DNA of 64,000 nucleotides from an uncultured bacterium (GTDB lineage Bacteria > Oederibacteriota > Oederibacteriia > Oederibacteriales > Oederibacteriaceae), in contig OZ218778.1 in the NCBI GenBank assembly GCA_965112635.1, positions 1,632,001-1,696,000 on the forward strand. Direction: 5' to 3'. This document shows, one piece after another, positions 1 through 10,330 of the stretch. Within the stretch, counting starts at the first letter, position 1, and each line of letters opens with the position of its first letter. Both the position numbers and the translations under genes were made by a program. The notes below the pieces were generated by a model. That model did no database searches. It had not been told where the DNA came from and saw only the letters and a program-made list of their open reading frames with translations.

Positions 1-4
1 GAGA

Positions 5-187
5 TTGAGCGATAAGATCAAGATTTTAATTAAAAAACAGGGAATAACAGCCGAAAAGGTTGCATTTATCGCAGGAATTAGTAAAAGCTATCTATCCGCG
101 GTTCTACGCTGCAAGAAATCACCCACTGTAAGAACCCTGGCAAAGATCGCAGAAGCCCTGGAAGTAGATATCAAGGAACTGTTTTAG
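5..187 (+). CDS. XRE-family helix-turn-helix transcriptional regulator
   Basis: 60 aa, pattern GITAEKVA..AGISKSYLS..L..KKSPT..TL.KIA.AL.V...ELF typical of HTH_3; TTG start at window edge. Confidence 0.85.
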   Translation: MSDKIKILIKKQGITAEKVAFIAGISKSYLSAVLRCKKSPTVRTLAKIAEALEVDIKELF

Positions 188-475
188 TCTGTCGTAGTAG
201 ATAATCCCACCCGATGGAGTCAAATTTCTAGATTTTGTCCATTATTAACCAGTTAGAAACCTTATTTTTATCCATTATTTTTCCTGCTAATTAGACATTC
301 AAGTTAGCGGACAAATTGGCCCGTTGGCTTGACCTCAAATCTGAGCCGAAAATAGCGGGATCATGAAGGTAATTTGATCCAATGCTTTCAGAAGGGGCGC
401 TGGTGGGATAGAATGACAATATAGTTTTAGGTGAGCAGTGAATTAGGGCGCAAACGAAAAAGACAGGGAGAAAAA

Positions 476-1231
476 ATGAGTAAAGAGGGAATAATAGAAG
501 AATTAATAAAATTCAATAAAGACGTTTATAAGTATTTTGATGACAGGGATGATGATGGTTCTATGCAAGACCCCAATATTAAACCCCTTGAATTTGTATT
601 TGGTGTAATTTTAGATCAGGGGATCAAATATGAGAGAGCCTGGAATGCACCCTATATTTTAAAAAAGAGGATGGGTCATTTAGATATTAATAAAATTGCA
701 AAAATGAACCCAAAAGATTTGGAAAAGTATATGTTTGATATAAAGCCGGCACTGCATAGGTATCGGTTTATGGCAGATAGACTAATCAGGGCATGTGAAT
801 TGATAAGTGAAAGGTATGATGGAGATGCTAGAAAAATATGGAATTGTAAGAATCTCTCTGCAAAAGACATTGAAAATAGATTTAGTGAGTTTGCGCAAAT
901 TGGTCAGAAAAAAGCTTCTATGGCGGTGAACATTCTTGTAAGAGATTGGGACATCAAAATAGCTGGTCCCAAAAAGTTTATTGATATTTCATATGATATT
1001 CATGTGCGTAGAGTATTTCTGCGAACCGGTTTAATTCAAAAAGATAAGGAAAGTATCCTTATTGATGCTGCAATAAAACTTAATCCTGATTATCCAGGCG
1101 AACTTGATATGCCGTCGTGGACAATTGGCAAGAATTGGTGCCGACCCAAAAAACCTGATTGTATTAAATGTCCAATAAAGAATGTTTGTCCTAAAAAGAC
1201 CAATGTCGCTGTGCCAAAGGGAAATGAATAA
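476..1231 (+). CDS. HhH-GPD superfamily DNA glycosylase (endonuclease III-like) with 4Fe-4S motif
   Basis: HhH motif IGQKKASMAVNIL, conserved Asp in YDIHVRRVF, C-terminal C-x6-C-x2-C-x5-C (CRPKKPDCIKCPIKNVC); ATG at 476 follows GGGAG (ORF track starts at GTG 431). Confidence 0.85.
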   Translation: MSKEGIIEELIKFNKDVYKYFDDRDDDGSMQDPNIKPLEFVFGVILDQGIKYERAWNAPYILKKRMGHLDINKIAKMNPKDLEKYMFDIKPALHRYRFMADRLIRACELISERYDGDARKIWNCKNLSAKDIENRFSEFAQIGQKKASMAVNILVRDWDIKIAGPKKFIDISYDIHVRRVFLRTGLIQKDKESILIDAAIKLNPDYPGELDMPSWTIGKNWCRPKKPDCIKCPIKNVCPKKTNVAVPKGNE

Positions 1232-1314
1232 TGAAAGGGGCGGGTAAAGGGGTAAAATCAAGGAATGCTTTTAGGTTAGGCGCAGTTAAAGTTTCATTAT
1301 GAAGGAGTAGTTAT

Positions 1315-4300
1315 TTGAAAGAACCAATTATTGAAAATCCGGTAATTAATTCGCCCTACGAAGAGCCCAAAAGACATTTCAAGTTCTCCGATGAGGGGAT
1401 CACCGATCAGAAAACCGAATCCCGCCGTGTTAGTGCCTATTTTGTCCCAATTGCTAAACCTAAATCCAAAGGTAAACAGCTAAATTTTGAGACTGGATGG
1501 ACACAGGACAGAGTCCAGGAAAATATATTCATCAACCGTGTCCGAGGCTGCATATCCAAATGGCGTCAGGGTGGTTATCCGGGGGTTACCAAAACTACTG
1601 CCAGACTTCTTGAACATTGGAAGAATCCAGAGAGAGACAAACGATTATTCTTCTGCCAGATCGAGGCTATGGAAACCGCGATCTATATCACTGAGGTGGC
1701 CTCCAAATACGGTGACGCTTGGATCGAGAGCGAACTCCAGACAGCCAATGAACAGGGAAATTCTGACCTCAATCGTATGGCCTTTAAAATGGCAACGGGC
1801 AGCGGTAAGACCGTGGTCATGGCCATGCTGATAGCCTGGAATGCGCTCAATAAACAAGCTAATCCTCAGGACGCCCGATACTCGGATACTTTTCTCATCG
1901 TTACGCCGGGCATCACTATCAGAGACCGTTTGCGTGTTTTGCTTCCACATGACCCGGAAAATTATTATCGCAAATGGGACATCCTGCCCGAAGACGATGC
2001 TTTGGCCTTGGGAAACGCGAAAGTATTGGTAACCAATTTTCACACCTTCCTTTATAGAGAGACTATGGATGCGTCCAAACTGGCCAAGCAGATCCTTTCA
2101 CGACATGGCCGTCCCGGAGCGTTGACCGAAACACCCGATCAGATGGTTCGCAGGGCCTGCCGTGAGTTGGGCAATAAGAAAAATATCGTGGTTATCAATG
2201 ACGAGGCGCATCACTGTTATCGCCATAAGGAAATTGAGAACCAAGAGGCGTTGGTAGGTGATGACCGTAAGGAGATGGAAAAGCGTGAGGAGGAGGCCAG
2301 GATATGGATCAATGGCCTGGAGGCAGTGAAAAATAAAATCGGTTTAAAGAGTGTTTACGACCTTTCAGCCACACCATTTTTCCTCAAAGGTTCTGGCTTT
2401 GAGGAGGGGACGCTTTTTCCCTGGGTGGTATCAGACTTCTCGCTGATTGATGCCATAGAGAGCGGCATTGTCAAAGTTCCCCGCGTTCCCGTGGCAGACG
2501 ACAGCATGACCGGGGAGATGCCGACCTATCGCAGTATTTGGTATCGGATACGGGACCATCTACCTAAAAAGGGTAGAAGGACCGAAAAAACCACAGGCGA
2601 CCCCAATCCTCCCAAAGAACTTGAGGGCGCTTTGCAGAGTTTATATGGCAACTACGAAAAGTATTATCGGGAGTGGGAGAAAAATAAAGAGGCTATCAGC
2701 CGGGGCATAACCCCGCCTGTTTTTATAGTGGTATGCAATAACACAAATGTCTCAAAGCTCGTTTACGACTATATTTCCGGCTGGGAAAAAGAGCTGAAAG
2801 ACGGCACGGTCAAGGTTGTGCCGGGCAAACTTCCTATATTTAATAACGAGGACCATGGGCAGTGGCGCGACCGACCCTACACCATCCTTATTGACAGCGA
2901 ACAATTGGAGTCAGGCGAAGCTCTTAGCTCTGAGTTCAAAAAGATAGCTGGGGCTGAAATAGATAAGTTCAAGGATGAGTACCGACAGCGGTTCCCGGGC
3001 CGGGATGTGGACCAGATAGAGGATTCGGAGATATTGCGCGAGGTTATGAACACCGTGGGCAAGGCCGGTAAATTGGGTGAGCATGTCCGTTGTGTGGTCT
3101 CAGTATCCATGTTGACTGAGGGCTGGGATGCCAATACCGTGACCCATATTTTAGGAGTCAGGGCTTTTGGGACACAGCTTCTTTGCGAGCAAGTCATCGG
3201 CCGGGGTTTGAGGCGCAGGAGTTATGCCGTAAATGGTAAGGGTATGTTTGAACCTGAATACGCCGAGGTCTATGGTGTGCCGTTCTCCTTTATTCCGTGT
3301 TCTGGTTCCAGTACGCAGATCAAATTGGGAGTTCAGCCCACGCATGTCCGCGCCTTGGAAGAGCGTATTGCTCTTGAGATCACTTTTCCCAGGGTTATGG
3401 GATATCGCTGGGATATGCCTAGCGAGAAGCTTACGGCAAAGTTTAACGAATCATCCAACCTTGCTCTTTCAACCCAGGATGTTCCTTCCTGGACCAAGAA
3501 CGAGCCTATTATTGGGGAATCATCGGTTCATAAGCTGGATGAGCTTAAAAATAGGCGTATGCAAGAGGTAGCGTTCCTTCTCGCTAAGCTGACCCTGGAA
3601 AAATACTACCGGCTGGAAAGTGATAAAAGGGATGAGAAGACCAAAGAACATAAATTTAGTTCTGATGTTAAATCATGGCTTTTCCCTCAACTGTTGGAAA
3701 TATCGCGGCAATGGCTGGATAAGTGTGTAGTCTGCAAGGACAATACCTTTCCGCAGATGCTTCTCCTGATGGAGCTGGCCCATGATGCCTCGGACAGGAT
3801 ATATCATTCCATCGTGGAGGGTATAACGGGCGAAAAAAATCTGCGGCCCATTCTCCGTCCCTATGACACCGTTGGTTCCACCCGCTATGTTGATTTTGAC
3901 ACGATAAAACCGGTTTATCCTACCAATGAAAAATACTGCCATGTCTCCCATGTGGTAACTGATACCGGGTCTTGGGAGCAAAAAATGGCTCAGGGCATAG
4001 AGGAATTGGCTGATGAGGGAATCGTAAAATGTTATGTGAAAAACCAAGGGTTTGGATTCAGGATACCCTATACACTTAGTGGGGAAGAGCATAATTACGA
4101 GCCTGATTTTATCCTTCGCATCAATGACGGACGAGGCGTGGACGATCTATTGAACCTTATCGTAGAGGTAACAGGGGAGAAAAAGAAAGACAAGGCAGCC
4201 AAGACCGCCACAGCCAGGGATTTCTGGGTCCCAGCCATTAACAATCAAGGCGGTTTTGGCCGCTGGGCATTCCTAGAGGTCACAGATCCCTGGGATGGGA

Positions 4301-4347
4301 AAAATTCTATAAAGTCAGCGATTAAGAGGACTAAATCAAATGTGTAA
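1315..4347 (+). CDS. res: Type III restriction enzyme Res subunit (SF2 helicase plus PD-(D/E)XK nuclease)
   Basis: Walker A MATGSGKT, DEAHH, SAT, EGWD and QVIGRGLRR helicase motifs; C-terminal YEPDFI...IVEVTG nuclease motif; SD AAGGAG before TTG. Confidence 0.92.
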   Translation: MKEPIIENPVINSPYEEPKRHFKFSDEGITDQKTESRRVSAYFVPIAKPKSKGKQLNFETGWTQDRVQENIFINRVRGCISKWRQGGYPGVTKTTARLLEHWKNPERDKRLFFCQIEAMETAIYITEVASKYGDAWIESELQTANEQGNSDLNRMAFKMATGSGKTVVMAMLIAWNALNKQANPQDARYSDTFLIVTPGITIRDRLRVLLPHDPENYYRKWDILPEDDALALGNAKVLVTNFHTFLYRETMDASKLAKQILSRHGRPGALTETPDQMVRRACRELGNKKNIVVINDEAHHCYRHKEIENQEALVGDDRKEMEKREEEARIWINGLEAVKNKIGLKSVYDLSATPFFLKGSGFEEGTLFPWVVSDFSLIDAIESGIVKVPRVPVADDSMTGEMPTYRSIWYRIRDHLPKKGRRTEKTTGDPNPPKELEGALQSLYGNYEKYYREWEKNKEAISRGITPPVFIVVCNNTNVSKLVYDYISGWEKELKDGTVKVVPGKLPIFNNEDHGQWRDRPYTILIDSEQLESGEALSSEFKKIAGAEIDKFKDEYRQRFPGRDVDQIEDSEILREVMNTVGKAGKLGEHVRCVVSVSMLTEGWDANTVTHILGVRAFGTQLLCEQVIGRGLRRRSYAVNGKGMFEPEYAEVYGVPFSFIPCSGSSTQIKLGVQPTHVRALEERIALEITFPRVMGYRWDMPSEKLTAKFNESSNLALSTQDVPSWTKNEPIIGESSVHKLDELKNRRMQEVAFLLAKLTLEKYYRLESDKRDEKTKEHKFSSDVKSWLFPQLLEISRQWLDKCVVCKDNTFPQMLLLMELAHDASDRIYHSIVEGITGEKNLRPILRPYDTVGSTRYVDFDTIKPVYPTNEKYCHVSHVVTDTGSWEQKMAQGIEELADEGIVKCYVKNQGFGFRIPYTLSGEEHNYEPDFILRINDGRGVDDLLNLIVEVTGEKKKDKAAKTATARDFWVPAINNQGGFGRWAFLEVTDPWDGKNSIKSAIKRTKSNV

Positions 4348-4987
4348 TGTGATTAAAAGTGAATCAATCACTGCTATAGCAACAGTATCTTTAGCCATAA
4401 TAGCCTATTGGCAGTTGCACAAAGCCAACCTTATTTCCAGTGTGGATTTTGTAAACAGATTGAATAAGGAATTTTTTACAGAAAAAGCATATGACATATG
4501 TAACTGCTTGGCTGATGATTTAATTGAATTTCGTTATAAATCTGAGGATTTCATTATTAAAACGAATAAAAAAAGATTGAAAGAAATGGGATTCAAAACC
4601 AATATTCTTTCCACGGAGGATGTAGACGAGGTTCTCCTGGATCACTTCGAGGATGTTGGTTATTACGAGAAGCGTGGAATTATAAAAATAGATTTTGTTT
4701 ATGAATCTTTTAGTTGGTATATAGACGAATGTGGAAAAAGTTTAGGCATCCGAAAATATATTATAAATCAGCGCAAGGAAGAAGGCTGCGAAGACCTCTA
4801 TGATAATTTTGAATATATTTATAGAAAGTGTGAAAATTATGGTTTCACAAAAAATAATCACAAATCCTTTTATTATGGATGGTTTTCTTCTTGGAAAATT
4901 TTATGGAAATTTAAATGGTGGTTTCGATACTCAATTTGCCAGAATATTTTTGGAATAAGATGGTTTCCAAAGTGGGAGGAGGAATAA
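4340..4987 (+). CDS. Hypothetical membrane-anchored protein (DUF4760-like) inserted between res and mod
   Basis: N-terminal hydrophobic helix AIATVSLAIIAYWQL, LLDHFEDVG..G.I motif; overlaps res stop and abuts mod start; AT-rich. Confidence 0.65.
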   Translation: MCNVIKSESITAIATVSLAIIAYWQLHKANLISSVDFVNRLNKEFFTEKAYDICNCLADDLIEFRYKSEDFIIKTNKKRLKEMGFKTNILSTEDVDEVLLDHFEDVGYYEKRGIIKIDFVYESFSWYIDECGKSLGIRKYIINQRKEEGCEDLYDNFEYIYRKCENYGFTKNNHKSFYYGWFSSWKILWKFKWWFRYSICQNIFGIRWFPKWEEE

Positions 4988-7654
4988 ATGCCACGGGGAA
5001 GAAAGAAAAAAATATCTATACCAATAGAGAATGTTAAACATAAAGACAAAAGGACTAATATCCCCACAAGGGAATTACAGAGTTTTGTGAAAGAGGACGA
5101 GGCTAAACCCAAAGTTATTCTCTATCCCCGTGATACTTCTCTCGATCCCCAGCTTGTTTGGAAAGGTAAAGACGAACAAGACTCCAAAGACCTGGCTGTT
5201 CCAGCGGTCCCTGTCTATATCCAGGAGAAAATCCATCCCCGCGTCATCATTGAGGACCTCAAAAAACATCAGCCCAAAGACAGCGGCCCTGTGCCACAAC
5301 TTGGCCTTTTTGGGGATTTCAACGGCCTGCCTTTTGAGGAACAGATTGATTTTTATCATCATCAAAATCACTGGACTAATCGCATGATTCTCGGTGATTC
5401 TCTTCTGGTTATGAATTCATTAGCGGAGAAGGAGGGGCTCAAAGGTAAGGTTCAAATGATTTATATTGATCCACCATATGGGATTAAATTTAACTCTAAT
5501 TGGCAGGTATCAACTCGAAAACATGATTTAAAAGATGGAAAAGTGGAAGATGCTACTCGTCAACCTGAACAGGTTAAAGCATACCGTGACTCATGGGAAC
5601 TTGGTATTCATTCATATCTTTCATATTTACGTGACAGATTTATTGTTGCTCGTGAGCATCTCACAGAATCTGGTTCGCTATTTGTTCAGATAAATTCCGA
5701 GAATAGCCACCTCGTGGCTATGGTGTTGGATGAGGTTTTTGGGAGTGATAATTTTGTTGCAAATATCATTTTCCGTAAGAAAAGTCTTCCACTGGGTGCA
5801 AAATTGCTAGAAACAATGCATGACCATATTCTATTTTATGCTAAGGATCGGAATGTGGTGAAGTATCGAGAGCTTTATGAATATATGGAAAATGTTACGG
5901 CCCATTGGCGTTTTGCTGAATTGCCTGATGGTCAGATTTTGAATATAAAGTCATCTGATTTCATGAGCAAAGAACATCCTAATGGAACACGTTATTTTAG
6001 ATCGTTTTCATTAATTGCTCCGTCGTATTCTGAAAATACTAATTTTAAATATAAATACGAGGGCCATGTTTATTCACCACCTAGTGGTGGGTCATGGGTA
6101 GTTAGCAAGGAAAAGCTAGATAGCCTTGTTAGAGCTGGAAGAATCCAAGTCGAGGGAGAAAGTTTAAGTTATAAACTTTATCACGACGATTTTCCGTTTC
6201 GTAAAATTACAAATCTTTGGTCGGATGTAGGAGTCTCATATGAAAAAATATATGCCGTTCAAACAACTCCTCAAATAATTGAGAGATGTCTTTTAATGTC
6301 TACTGATCCTGGTGATTTAGTTTTAGATCCTACTTGTGGTAGTGGTACAACGGCATATGTAGCGGAAGAGTGGGGAAGACGATGGATTACTATAGATACT
6401 TCCCGTGTTGCTGTGGCTTTAGCGAGAACACGTCTCATGGCAGCAAGATATCCATACTACATACTGACAGATTCACCAGAGGGAATTAGTAAAGAGGCAG
6501 AGGTAACTGGCAAAGTTCCCTTAGGCAGTATTAAAACAGAGAGCGATGTAAAGAAGGGTTTTGTTTATGAGCGTGTGGCTCATGTTACCCTTAAATCTAT
6601 AGCTAATAATTCCGATATTAAGGAGGGGATGAGCCGGGCTGAGGTAGATGTGGCTATTGCCAAACATGCGGATACCGAGCTTTTATACGATAAACCCTAT
6701 GAGGATAACAAACGAGTGAGGGTCAGCGGACCGTTTACTGTAGAGAGCTTATCGCCTCACCGCGTTCTTTCCTCGGATGAAGAACGGCCGGCATCTGAAA
6801 AGGGCGCAGGCGATACCAGCGGAGCTGGGCAGTTTGAGACTATGATTACGGATAACCTCAAAAAAGCCGGTGTGCAAAACACTGTCCGCAATGAACGTCT
6901 TACCTTTGACCGGCTGGAACCTTTTGCCGGTATTTATATCCATGCCGCGGGGGAATATACTGAAAACAAGATTTCCAAACGGGTTGCGGTGTGTATTGGC
7001 CCTGAACATAGCACAGTGGGGCCGGAACTCATCAAAGACGCAGCCAAGGAGGCGATGCAGGGAGTTGGATTTGACCTTTTGCTAGTCTGTGGGTTTGCCT
7101 TTGACGCCCATGCCAGCGAGACGGTAAAACAGCTTCAGCCCACAGCCGAGGTGAAGAAAGGGGTAGTGGCTGAATCCAGCAAGCAGTATGGGAAGCTGAC
7201 CGTATTGTTAGCCCGGATGAATCCTGACCTTGCTATGGGTGATGACTTGCTCAAAAAGACCGGCGCAGGGAATCTCTTTATGGTCTTTGGCGAGCCGGAT
7301 GTTGAGATTAAAAAGCAAAAGGACGGCCGTTTCATAGCGACCATCAAGGGTGTTGATGTTTACGACCCCACGACCGGACAGGTCAGAAACCATACGACTG
7401 ATGACATCGCCTGCTGGTTCATTGATACCAGTTACAACGAAGAATCCTTTTTCGTCCGTCATGCCTATTTCTGCGGAGCCGATGAGCCCTACGATAAACT
7501 CAAACGCGCCCTGCGTGCCGAGATCAACGAATCAGCCTGGTCCACGCTTTACTCTACCGAGAGCCGCCCCTTTGACCCTCCTCAAACCGGCAAAATTGCA
7601 GTAAAGGTTATCAATCATTATGGGGATGAGGTGCTAAAGGTATATAAAATTTAA
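4988..7654 (+). CDS. mod: Type III R-M Mod subunit, adenine DNA methyltransferase
   Basis: Motif IV IYIDPPYG, motif I VLDPTCGSGTT (beta order), GDSLLVM; linked to res. Confidence 0.92.
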   Translation: MPRGRKKKISIPIENVKHKDKRTNIPTRELQSFVKEDEAKPKVILYPRDTSLDPQLVWKGKDEQDSKDLAVPAVPVYIQEKIHPRVIIEDLKKHQPKDSGPVPQLGLFGDFNGLPFEEQIDFYHHQNHWTNRMILGDSLLVMNSLAEKEGLKGKVQMIYIDPPYGIKFNSNWQVSTRKHDLKDGKVEDATRQPEQVKAYRDSWELGIHSYLSYLRDRFIVAREHLTESGSLFVQINSENSHLVAMVLDEVFGSDNFVANIIFRKKSLPLGAKLLETMHDHILFYAKDRNVVKYRELYEYMENVTAHWRFAELPDGQILNIKSSDFMSKEHPNGTRYFRSFSLIAPSYSENTNFKYKYEGHVYSPPSGGSWVVSKEKLDSLVRAGRIQVEGESLSYKLYHDDFPFRKITNLWSDVGVSYEKIYAVQTTPQIIERCLLMSTDPGDLVLDPTCGSGTTAYVAEEWGRRWITIDTSRVAVALARTRLMAARYPYYILTDSPEGISKEAEVTGKVPLGSIKTESDVKKGFVYERVAHVTLKSIANNSDIKEGMSRAEVDVAIAKHADTELLYDKPYEDNKRVRVSGPFTVESLSPHRVLSSDEERPASEKGAGDTSGAGQFETMITDNLKKAGVQNTVRNERLTFDRLEPFAGIYIHAAGEYTENKISKRVAVCIGPEHSTVGPELIKDAAKEAMQGVGFDLLLVCGFAFDAHASETVKQLQPTAEVKKGVVAESSKQYGKLTVLLARMNPDLAMGDDLLKKTGAGNLFMVFGEPDVEIKKQKDGRFIATIKGVDVYDPTTGQVRNHTTDDIACWFIDTSYNEESFFVRHAYFCGADEPYDKLKRALRAEINESAWSTLYSTESRPFDPPQTGKIAVKVINHYGDEVLKVYKI

Positions 7655-7688
7655 GTTTAAATAATTAGGCATTAAAGGATATAAATTC

Positions 7689-9323
7689 ATGGCAATAGAT
7701 AAATTAAAAATTGATTACATGATCGGTTTGATTCGGAAGAATTTTCCAAATTGGAATGATTTCAACGATAAGGATTTTATTCGTGCGGAAAGGGAATATA
7801 AAGTAAAAGCTATTGAGATAGCGCAGGAATTATTTAGTGAACAAAAATTAAGAATATTGGTAAAAAAAGGTAAATATGATGAAATTTTTAAGGATATTAG
7901 AAAAATTGCCGTAGTCATGAAAAATTTACTTTTTCTGAAGATACCAAGGGCTGGGGATTTGAATATCCTTGAAAATAGAAAACTTAATAAACCAGAATTT
8001 TGTGATAAATTCTACGACTTGCTTTATGGCAATGGCTTTACTCAAGAAAGGCTTAATAGATTCATTCTTTATCTTCGTAATAATGAACTTCCACACAAAT
8101 TAAATTTTGCAACTTTTTATCTTTTCGTAACAAATCCCAGAGATGAAATTTTTTTGAAAACTAATGCGCAAAAATGGTTTCTAAGGCTAATAGGTGACGA
8201 GGATGCCCTTGAGAAAAGAATAAATGATCCAGTTCTAACTTTTATTAGGTTTAAGGAGCACTGCAAAAAACTATTTAATGAGCTTAGAGATAGAAAGCCT
8301 CAGGATATGACCGATATTCAGTCCTTTATATGGGTCAGTTATGAAACAGATAAGGGTAAATATAAAGTTGGAATTAAAAAGGACAAAAAGGGCAGCAATG
8401 AAAAGCGGGTTTCTTATACTGGATATTGGACCTTTATTAATCAACCTAAGACATGGCCATTTGATAAATATATGGATGGGAAAAAGGTAGATTCAGATAT
8501 TTATCCAAAGAGTATGTGGTATGTGGGCCGTTATTTAAAAGATTTTAAGATAGGTGATTGGGTTTTATTAAGGATTTGTCCTGACAAAAGAAATAAAGAT
8601 GAACTAGGGGGAAAAGAACGGCTAGAACCAGGTGTATATGCAATTGCAAAAATAACGAAAAGTATTTCCCCAAGAGATATGGCCAGCAAATCAAAGAGCA
8701 AAAAACCACTGGAAATAGAGTTTGTTAACTGCTTTTTAAATACCCCCATTTTAATTGACCAAATTAAGAGCAATCCAGTTCTTAAACAAGATAAATACTT
8801 AGTAAGCCCACACCAGATATCGGCCATTCCACTCAGGGAGGATGCTTTTAGGGAAATATGTAGTTTGGTGGGTTTTGAGTATGACGAAGAGCCTGATATT
8901 GAACCAACAGAGAAAGAACAATCTGATTTTGATAGCAAGATTCTTAAAGATGCAAAAATAAATTCACCAGAAGAGGCAAAGAAACTTATTGTCCAGATAT
9001 CTAAGGAACTTAAAAATAAACCGGTTGAGGTCCGGACTAAAATTGCAAAGATGTTATCTAGAAATCCAAAGTTAGCCAAACTAGTAAAAGAAAGTGCTGG
9101 ATATGTTTGTCAGGTATGCAAAGCAGACCCCTTTATCAAAAAAAATGGTGGTCTTTATGCCGAGGCTCATCACATCAACGAATTAGCAAAGACAAAAATT
9201 GATAATCCTGAATCCATGTTATGTGTATGTCCTACTTGCCATAGGGTAATGCATTATGGGAATGAAGATGCTAAGAAGAAAAGAGAAAGTCTAAAAAACC
9301 TTAGAATTGATGACGCGTCTTGA
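7689..9323 (+). CDS. EVE-domain HNH endonuclease, putative modification-dependent (Type IV) restriction enzyme
   Basis: C-terminal CQVC...EAHHI...CVCPTCHRVMH HNH; central EVE/PUA-like YWTFINQPKTW..W.V...KIGDWVL..PGVYAIAKI. Confidence 0.72.
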   Translation: MAIDKLKIDYMIGLIRKNFPNWNDFNDKDFIRAEREYKVKAIEIAQELFSEQKLRILVKKGKYDEIFKDIRKIAVVMKNLLFLKIPRAGDLNILENRKLNKPEFCDKFYDLLYGNGFTQERLNRFILYLRNNELPHKLNFATFYLFVTNPRDEIFLKTNAQKWFLRLIGDEDALEKRINDPVLTFIRFKEHCKKLFNELRDRKPQDMTDIQSFIWVSYETDKGKYKVGIKKDKKGSNEKRVSYTGYWTFINQPKTWPFDKYMDGKKVDSDIYPKSMWYVGRYLKDFKIGDWVLLRICPDKRNKDELGGKERLEPGVYAIAKITKSISPRDMASKSKSKKPLEIEFVNCFLNTPILIDQIKSNPVLKQDKYLVSPHQISAIPLREDAFREICSLVGFEYDEEPDIEPTEKEQSDFDSKILKDAKINSPEEAKKLIVQISKELKNKPVEVRTKIAKMLSRNPKLAKLVKESAGYVCQVCKADPFIKKNGGLYAEAHHINELAKTKIDNPESMLCVCPTCHRVMHYGNEDAKKKRESLKNLRIDDAS

Positions 9324-9421
9324 TGTTATGAAAGGCGGGTTCTTGGTCTCAAATGTACAATATTATTAGCGATAAAATTATTAATGAAGATATTCAGAAA
9401 TAAATAAATTAGGAGAAAAAA

Positions 9422-10051
9422 ATGGAAACAGAAAATGAAAAAGTTCTCACACTAATAAAGGCGTTAAGCAACGAAAAAGATGATGTCAGCCTTGATGCCC
9501 TTTATGAACTTGGGGAAATGGGACCGTTAGCCAAGACGGCAGTTCCTGCCCTAGTAAATGCTCTTGGAAATAAAAATGCGGATATAAGGATTAATGCTGT
9601 CTTTGCGCTCATTGAAATTGGACCTGATGCCAAAGAGGCAATTCCTGCCCTGATAAAGGCATTTGATGATAATGACGGAGAGGTTGCATTAACTGCATCA
9701 GAGGCACTAGTGAGGATAGGTAAGGAGGCTGTCCCTGCCTTAATAGATGCTCTCAAGACTGGGAGTCCAGATGCAAGAGTATTTGCAGCCAATACACTTG
9801 GTGTAATCGGTTCTGAGGCCATAGATGCAGTTCCTACTCTTGTAGAGGTTTTCAAGGGAAAATATGCGGTTGAGGAGCTCAAGAAAAAAGGCATAACAGA
9901 ATTTGCAGCTATCATTATAAATGCCGCCGATGCGATTAGAAAAATAGATCCGACTTCCAAGGAGGTGATTCCAGCTTCCGAAATTGAAGCACTTAAAGAA
10001 AGGTATGCAGGGGAAGTCTTATATTTGAGAGAGAGGAATAATGGAGAATAG
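9422..10051 (+). CDS. HEAT/PBS-lyase repeat protein
   Basis: Repeated A..AL..IG..A..AVPAL..AL units. Confidence 0.88.
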   Translation: METENEKVLTLIKALSNEKDDVSLDALYELGEMGPLAKTAVPALVNALGNKNADIRINAVFALIEIGPDAKEAIPALIKAFDDNDGEVALTASEALVRIGKEAVPALIDALKTGSPDARVFAANTLGVIGSEAIDAVPTLVEVFKGKYAVEELKKKGITEFAAIIINAADAIRKIDPTSKEVIPASEIEALKERYAGEVLYLRERNNGE

Positions 10052-10321
10052 TGAATTGGATCAGGAGATTAAGATAAGGAAAAGATTTGTTTTACGCTGG
10101 ACTGGATATGGGTCAGCTTTTCCATGTTTTCAAGAAGATACAAATCAAGAATTATATTATGTGCAAATTGAAGAATCCCATAAATTGATTGAGCATTGGG
10201 GTGCTAAGGCGATAAGACGGGTCAAGGATGCATCTTCCCTCATGTTAGTTGATAACGAACTCGCAGAAAGAGCTGATAAATTGTCTAGGCACCAATATTA
10301 TTATGCGGCTTTGGAGGGTGC

Positions 10322-10330
10322 TTATTGTTA
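10322..10330 (+). repeat. IS256 target-site duplication, left copy (ttattgtta)
   Basis: Identical to 11766-11774. Confidence 0.9.
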
